From: Blasia pusilla
Taxonomy: Eukaryota
DNA length: 64,000 nt
Assembly: GCA_050084515.1 (NCBI GenBank)
Contig: CM114271.1
Span: forward strand, 24,366,001 to 24,430,000
Reading direction: 5' to 3'
The notes under the pieces are model-generated. The model saw only the letters and a program-made list of their open reading frames with translations, ran no database searches and was not told where the DNA came from. The translations under genes were made by a program, and so were the position numbers. This document shows positions 56,758 through 64,000 of the stretch, in pieces. Each line of letters opens with the position of its first letter. The stretch's first letter is position 1.

Positions 56758-56999
56758 TCGCAAGTCTCCAGGAACTACTGCTAAGCTCAGATCAACTCTG
56801 CCATCAATGTTAGGAAGGTGAAATGGCACACAGTTACGCACATGGTCCTTCCAAACCATACCATCGCGTCCCTCCAATAAGAGAACACGAAATGGCAAAA
56901 TCTCATGCACTCTCAAGATGGTGCGCCCTGTAGTCACATCCAACGTCGTGGCTGCCATTTTCTACAAGTAGACATAGTCTCCCCAATGAAACCTCCGAA

Positions 57000-58203
57000 T
57001 AGTCAGTCGATAACCACCTCCCCAAATAGTCGCATACCTCAACGTATCCCAATGTTGCGCAATTGCCAAGTTCTTAAACGTCATGGGCATCACTCTCTGA
57101 AACAACTCAACCCTCTAAGACCATCCTCGCATCCATACATCAAGGTAATCAAGGTTCAACATCTCGCTAACATCTTGACGAATGGCCGTAGGTAAATCCG
57201 GCTCTCAACCTTAAAGTAGCAAGTACAGTGAGAAAGACCCTGAGGATGCATGCGTGCTGAATCTGTATCCCATTGCCAACCAAGGCAATTGGAGATCCCA
57301 ATCTTGTAAGTGACCTCTATGCAAGCCATACTTGCGCAATCCTCTCTTCACCATCTCCACAACCCTCTCCGCTACTCCATCTGCCTCAAGATGATCTTGC
57401 GAAGTGGAACGGTGGTCAATGTATGCATGATCACACGAGGCTGAAACTCCCCATGAAACTATATATCCAAGTTTTTCAACACCTCAGTAGGTGCACCGCA
57501 ATGACTCAGCACTCGATCTAGGAAGGCATACGCTACTCCCTCACTTGCTCTGTCAAGCAATGCAACCAACTCTAGAAGTCGTGAACTCTAGAACTCTAGA
57601 AGCGGTGATGGTCGAGCACTTCGAGAAGTGCTCGACCATCACCAACATATAACGAATATAGCGCTCTGTCAAAGATAAAGGTCTTGCAAAATCCAAACTC
57701 CATATATAACTTAAATCCATGATCGAAAGTGGATGCAACTGTGGAGTTGGAGCATTGAACGATGCCCTGACCCGATCACAAACTATGTACCTGGCAATAA
57801 ACTATTGAACGTCAGTCTGCATGCCTCGCCACCAATACGGCATCTGGAGCAAGCTATACATCCGCTTCACTCCAAAATTCCCCAACTCCTTGTGGGCATG
57901 ACGCACCAAACGTGCTCTCTATGAAGGATGAGGCACTACTCGTACTCTACCATCCTCCCAAACTTGCAACACATGTGTCCCCTCCCACCAGAATCTTTTA
58001 GCTCGATGTAGGATCTGATCCCGCTCTCTAGCACCCACTATGCTCGCGACGGTGCCAGTACGCAGATACTCCAAGACCACTCCATCGTCGTGAATATCTC
58101 GGCCACCTGTTGTCTCCTCACCAACCCCTGGATCTAAGGACTGTTCATCAGATCTCGCCCTCGAAGTCTCAACACTCAGATTCTGTAAAGCCAACAAGCC
58201 CAA
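57000..58203 (-). pseudogene. Gypsy integrase (HHCC + core), disrupted
   Basis: AHKELGNFGVKRMYSLLQMPYWWRGMQTDV...CDRVRASF...LHPLSIMDLSYIWSLDFARPL...MLVMVEHFSK. Confidence 0.85.
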
Positions 58204-58377
58204 ATAGGCTGACGCGTGCTATCCTGGCACCAACTCCTCATCACTCTCACCATTCCAACGAGCTCGAGTCGCATCTCGCTCACTCAAGCATGAGTTACGG
58301 CTCAAACCATCTGCATCCTGGTTGAGCGTCTCAAATCTATGCACCACCTGGAAATCATACTCCTACAACAACATGGC

Positions 58378-59719
58378 TCACCTCGCAAACTTCCATGTAA
58401 GCTTGTCGGACTCCATCAACCACTTAAGTGGTCGATGATCAGTAATACTGGTAAAGAGGTTGCCGAATAAATGACACCTGAAATGTGCAACATCCCACAT
58501 TGCAGCCAAGCACTCACCCTCATATGAGCTATACTTTGTCTCTGCAACGTTGTTCGAGTGACTAGCGTAAGCCACCATGAGCTCTCTACCCTCATCGTCA
58601 TGTTGGGTGAGCACGGCTTCAAGCCCCAACATTCTCCAATCTGTATGCAACAGGAAAGGACACCCCCTGATTGGTCTCCTCAATATGGGCACAGATGTCA
58701 ATCTGTCCTTGACCAGCAGAAATGCTATCTCTTGCTCATCCCCCTAGGGCCACTCCCGACCCACCTTGGCCAGCAAGGTCAGCGGCTTTGCAATCAAAGT
58801 GAAACCCTTGACGTACTATCGATAGAAGTTTGCCAATCCCATGAATGCACAAACTCGACTCACATCTGTAGGGCGTGGAATGCGTGAAATAGCCTCTACC
58901 TTTGTCTGTTGCACACCAAGGACCCTTTGGGTATATCGTATGATCCCCGTACTCAATTTGGTTGTAGAAGAACTTGCACTTGCCTAGATGTAGCTTTAGC
59001 CCATGTAACTGCAATCGTCGAAATACCTCCTCTAGATGTTGCTCATGCTCCTCAACTGTGGCGCTAAAGACTATGATATCATCAATATAACACCTCGCAG
59101 AATCCAAACCTGCCAAGATCCTATCCATAACCCTATGAAACTCAGCCGAGGCATTCTTTAACCCATATGGTAAGAACCGCCACTGGTACAATGAATCCTT
59201 CTTGTGAGGATCGATGTCCCAAAATTCCGTCTTCTGCCTCTCCTCCAATCTGATAGGCTGCTGATGGTATTTGGCTCAAAGATCTAAAGAATTGAAGACC
59301 TTTGCATGCCCAATAGCATCAAAGATCTCCTCAGGGATGGGCATGGCATACCTATGGGACTTCGTATGCGGATTGATAGGTCGGTATTCTCCATACATCC
59401 ACCTATGCGTCCAGTTGCCATGCATATCCTTCTTGGCGGGCATGATAGTGGCAGATGCATACTCTCCATGCGACATCTCTACTAGTCCTACTCCAACCAA
59501 GTCCTGGCTCCTACTTTGAATTAGAGCCCTCTCCATGTCACTGTACTTGTAGGGTCGTCGGAAGATTGGCGTGTCACTCGACAACTCAATGTGGATCCCT
59601 GGATCCTTCAGCGTACCCAAATCATGCATGCTAAATGCAAAACAACTCCTATAACTCTTAAGGAACTCATATATCCGGCGCCGCTTTCCTCTTGTCAACT
59701 TGGGCTCCCAAGTCTCCAT
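58378..59719 (-). pseudogene. pol: Gypsy RT and RNaseH, disrupted
   Basis: PIFRRPYKYS, YRPIN...YAMP...FNSLDL, LPYGLKNASAEF...YIDDIIVFS. RNaseH LHTDW...VAYAS...YEGECLA...ITDHRPLKWL. Confidence 0.93.
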
Positions 59720-60059
59720 TGTGACTATGGTAGGACTCTCCGATGTGGGTGTCGGTGGTTGCTATGATGCAACCTCGTCTCGAACAATAGAACTCGATTG
59801 CTCCCCTGCAACCATTTGCAAACTTTGATCTCCACATGTAGTACTCGGAACCATGCTCAATGTTGTGGCTATCATCTCCCGACGTACCCGCAAAACATCC
59901 CAAGAAGTCCAAGGGTGTCTCTCCCAATCACCCTTGGTGTATCGATCACCTCGGGTCTCACCCCCTTCCATTGCCTTCACCGTCTTGGTAAGCATGGGCT
60001 CACCAACGCAACAACTGTAATCTGTCGCAACCTCAAACAACATTGCTCAGCCACTCCTA

Positions 60060-60930
60060 AGCTGAAAATCCATGTCCAGGAGTTCAGGTCTATCGCCTGA
60101 CCCAAGACATGACATCGTGACGCCTCTAAGAGTGATATATTGTTGTCAGTCTTGTGGGGAATCCCATCGCTTGCTCTCGCTCATTGGCGTTAGGCTCCAC
60201 CAACAGCTGTACCTGGTCATCCCAAACTAAGCCAGGTCCGGCTTCCTTGAATGCATAGGAAGCGGGAAAACTCACCAATGTGGGAAAGGCTGCTCTTTGC
60301 ATGCCAATCCTGTTGACCACAGTCAACGACGGTCGATCATCGTGCATCACTACATGTGATTGACGACCTGGATCCAGAATAGGATCCACCAACAAATCGG
60401 AGGGGCGCTCCACTCTTGCATACGCCCTCCACAAAACCTCATGTGGCACCAAGTTGGTCCACCAAAGACACGGGCGATGCGCTCGTGAACCTACACTCGC
60501 CGCATCCAAAAACATTGCTAAGCCGATCCATGCGCGTACTTTGAGACTGATGCTCATGTAAGTGTCGCAAGATCCGCATCATCTCCCAAAACAACCTAGA
60601 CCGAGAGTCAGCTAATCCACTACCCAATCCAGCACTAGACTGGCCCTGACACGGCCAACCAGCAATGACCAAGTCCATGATCCCTACCCACTCCAAGTCC
60701 TTCACCCCCAACAATGAAATGTCCCTCGGTAGGGAACTCTAGTATCCCTGAATTTTGGACGTAGATAACAAGGTGGGAAATCAGAGGCGTAAGTGCGCCA
60801 TATGCTGACATGAAGCACATCTGGCAACCTCATCAACCTCCACGTGTAGGTATTGCAGCACATGCACTTCTGCCTGCAAAACAATAGCTAAACCAGTGTT
60901 AATCTCTCCAAAGAGACCTAGCATGCGAAT
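60060..60930 (-). pseudogene. C5 cytosine DNA methyltransferase domain, DNMT3-like, inside gypsy pol
   Basis: Motif I IRMLGLFGEINTG. Motif II YLHVEVD. Motif IV DLVIAGWPCQ (catalytic PC). Motif VIII LDAASVGSRAHRPCLWWTNL. Motif IX EREQAMGFP. Motif X VLGQAIDLN at ~60105-60080. Motif VI (ENV) is lost in a deletion at ~60545. Confidence 0.9.
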
Positions 60931-61270
60931 ATCCTCCTCTAGGATGCACCAGACAATCGGGGTGGTGTTTAAAGGGGTCATAGTAGCACTCCTGGCTACC
61001 TCGGGTTCCTCTGATCCGTCACGCTCCATGCGGTCTGCATATGCTCAGCGGCTAGCGTCAAAGCTCCTTAGTCGAGCCCCAAACCGGCACCTCTCCTCCA
61101 CGGACTAATGGGCCTACCATGAGACTCCTCTCCATAGAAATGTCAAGAACGAGAGTCTCCTCTGCCTGGACATATCCCTCAATCAAATCACTAGGCCAAA
61201 TGATGGCACTGCTAGATGCTGCTAAGGTCGCCATCTCTCCTGGTCGTCGCTCGATCACTCCACCAATGAA

Positions 61271-61798
61271 TCAAATGGGTAATGAGCTAAGGCACCCATC
61301 ACCTAACTGCCATCCTGGTATGTAGGACGTTGACTCCTCCCAATAATCCAGGGAAAACCCCATCATGTACAATACTGCTCTACCAACCAAGACGTCGTAC
61401 GACTCGGCATCGGTTGCTATCGCCTTGGGTCGCACCACAGACTCATCAGTAGGATATCCCGGGCGAATCCTCACCACAACCTCCTGTTGGATGATATACT
61501 GTGTGGTACTCGCTCCACCCAAGGATGTATGTATTCGGAATGGAAAATGCTCCATATCGGCTCTTGTCAAGCCCAATCCTCTGAATGCCGCTTTTCCCAA
61601 CATCAGGGGTTGCACTCATGAATCCAACAAGACGCGCTGCGGTCTAAAAACTCTACCTCTTAGACTCACCAACTGGAAAACCTCTCCTTGGTTATCCAGT
61701 AATACAACACCAGGAGAAGCCATGGCACGCTCTATCGCGGGTCTAGCAGGCATCTCCGCCATCCTAGCAGCCGCAGCTTGCCATGAATCTGAAGCCAA
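61271..61798 (-). pseudogene. Gypsy aspartic protease region
   Basis: RVLLDS*VQPLMLGK (DSG with GGA>TGA) ... YDVLVGRAVL. Confidence 0.85.
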
Positions 61799-61928
61799 GC
61801 ATAGGCTCCAAGAGCATGTCCATCACCTCCTCTGCAATCACCCTTAAGTGTGAAGCAGGAACACCAACTCCATGCTCACATAGCGTAGCGGTCAGCTAGA
61901 AAACCTTGGCCGGCATACCTCCCAACGT

Positions 61929-63205
61929 TGTCGTGTCGAGAGCCTTTCTTCAAGTAAGGGCAGGCCTTCTAGCTACGGCAGACACGGTCGATGCAAGATG
62001 AATTCTCTGAGAAGACCTCCTTTTTCAATATAAAATTATTATGTATACTCTCCATTCTCTCACGACAGGTATCACAAATGGAAGTGCCAAGGCGATCACT
62101 TCTTCGTAACATTGAACCCCGAAATTCCTAACTATAAAATCCCTATAAACTATTTTACGCTTGTATACGAGGAAGATAGCACAACTAGTATTAAACCCTA
62201 CTTGAGCAGGCCTATTGACGTCCATGGATTGTTATATAAGGACATACAAAGTACAATCCCATGTCCTTTCATATGTGACGATAGGAAGGATCACCGGAGT
62301 TGGAGATTGAATGATCTGGTTCATGAACGCCTCCCCAAAGTGATAAACTACATAGCGAGTGAACCTGTGCCTATCTACAAAGAGTATCTTGACATGATAT
62401 GGATTAAGGAAAGGAAAGTCGGACACAACTCGTGCTCCACCCCTATCCATGCTTGACAGACATTTTCTACTCTCCTCAACAATGGGTTTTGGCGGAGTTA
62501 TTCTCCGAAGAGGGGTAATCCACTCTCATTGGGAAAGTAACAAGCCAAAACATTCACTATTTTAATATGACTAAACTCCTCTAAGGTGACAACCCTCTCA
62601 TCTCCACACACACATCACACTCTAGAAACCTCTCGAATAATAGACCATGGTCAAGTTACTCTCCCAAGAGGGGCGATCCGTTCTCATTGGAAGAGCAAGC
62701 AATCCCAAAGTCATACACTCAAGAGTGACACGAAAGACTCAAGATGTGGAATAGAAGGTGATGAACCCTTGAAGGTCCCTCCTCTTTATATACTCACAAG
62801 AGATCCACAAGAGTACGAAATAGAGCTAATCGTATCTTGTGCCACATGGCTTCCTCTCAAGGCTTAGCCAATCGCATTTTGACACAAATAGATTTCCTCT
62901 TATCTCTTCCAAAATATCCTCTTTTACCCACTTGATATTTTCCAAATTACCCCAACTAACCTAGCCACCAACCAAGCCTACTTTTGCTTTTCATTAAAGC
63001 ACCGACCTCACTACTTTACTTTTATAAAGTCATCTTTTATTTATTACCTCTTTTCTAAAGTTAGGCCCGCATAAAAGAGGCACCATAAAGAGGTTTAAAC
63101 ATGGGGATTTATTTTTCCTAAGCTAATTTACTTAATACTAATAAAACTCTATCTAACACTTAACGAGGAAGGAGTTTACACACTGGCTGATTTTACTATA
63201 CGACA
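61929..63205. mobile_element. Solo LTR (~1277 bp) nested between gag and PR of the gypsy element
   Basis: Inverted termini TGTCGT...ACGACA. Flanks ACGT/AGGT. A partial second copy lies at 11802-12102. Confidence 0.8.
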
Positions 63206-64000
63206 AGGTCATAACATTGGAAGCAGAAAATAAAGGAGTGGGGCATACAACAGTGGTTGCCCCGAACAACGTGCTCGACACATGCTCCTCCTGAACATCA
63301 GCAATAGGAGTCATCGCACTTGCTTCTCCCATCGCCCTCCGTGCATGCACACCAACAATATCACCAACACTCCGGGAACTCTGATCAGGACCCATCGATG
63401 GGGTCCTCATCGCCTCGGACAATGTGAAAGACTGAGGAAGCCTTGTCTGTTTCCTAGCTTCCCCTCGCTGTGGATCCAACTATGCGGCTACTCCATACGT
63501 AACAACTGCGGTGGCCTCCATCTGGGCAACCCCGCACATCCAACCAGGATCCTCCATATCTCTAGCTGCTCCATAACACGTTGATGCCACGGATCCGACA
63601 TCGAGTAACCTAAATGCCATGTCGGAAATCTACTGTTGTAGTTGTTGTATCTGAGCAACTATCCCAACCTCACGCCCGACGTCTCTCTCAACGCGTCTAG
63701 GTGGTGGAACTCTACCTCCTCCACGGGCAACTCAAGTTCTTTGTTCCCCAACGGGACCACTGGGTGCACGACCTCTAGGCCCACCCAGACCGGCAACTTG
63801 CTCTAGTGTCCTCTTTGGCCCTCATTCTGGACATACCTCACGGTGCAAGCTGAAACACGTGTCACGTGTGTGACTGTACCTCTGAAAATAGTCACACTGA
63901 TAACCTCCTGGTGCAGCACCATCTCCTCCTTCATGTTAAGGCACGCGTCCATGACCCTCACAAGTGCAATGATGCTGGTGATAGGCTCCACCACATGCCC
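63206..64000 (-). pseudogene. gag: Gypsy gag C-terminal region with zinc knuckle
   Basis: Minus-strand frame YQCDYFQRYSHTRDTCFSLH at ~63903-63844, a CX2CX4HX4C knuckle with one Cys changed to Phe. Confidence 0.75.

Larger units (their letters stand above)
56305..64000 (-). mobile_element. Ty3/gypsy LTR retrotransposon carrying a DNMT3-like methyltransferase and a PHD finger (copy A; 5' part beyond window)
   Basis: Gag knuckle-PR-DNMT-RT-RH-INT-PHD order on the minus strand. 3' terminus ...ACGACA at 56305 abuts copia sequence. Contains a nested solo LTR at 61929-63205. Confidence 0.92.

Noticed and set aside
60060-60930. Host DNMT3/DRM gene or bacterial restriction-modification contaminant
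   Set aside because: Intronless, embedded between PR and RT, decayed like the rest of pol, and found in the same position in a second copy.

Overview
Repeat-dense eukaryotic DNA, most likely a land plant and plausibly a seed-free lineage (inferred from the GeBP-type gene and the TE set; the species cannot be identified). The only clear host gene is an intronless GeBP/STOREKEEPER-like (DUF573) transcription factor at 47275-48948 (-), inside a GC/CpG-rich island (~43.9-50.2 kb). The rest is nested, decayed transposons: a full-length Ty1/copia element with several partial and solo-LTR relatives, two non-autonomous CACTA elements, a hAT-type MITE, solo LTRs and a CRE-like non-LTR retrotransposon with a restriction-like endonuclease. 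The standout is a Ty3/gypsy element (56305 to >64000, -) with the order Gag(CCHC)-PR-[DNMT3-like C5 cytosine methyltransferase]-RT-RNaseH-INT-[PHD finger]. A second, much older copy (~1130-10350, -), split by nested insertions, has the same MTase-RT junction and retains a remnant of motif VI, which is deleted from the younger copy. All TE ORFs are pseudogenised. Alignments were done by eye and no database searches were run.
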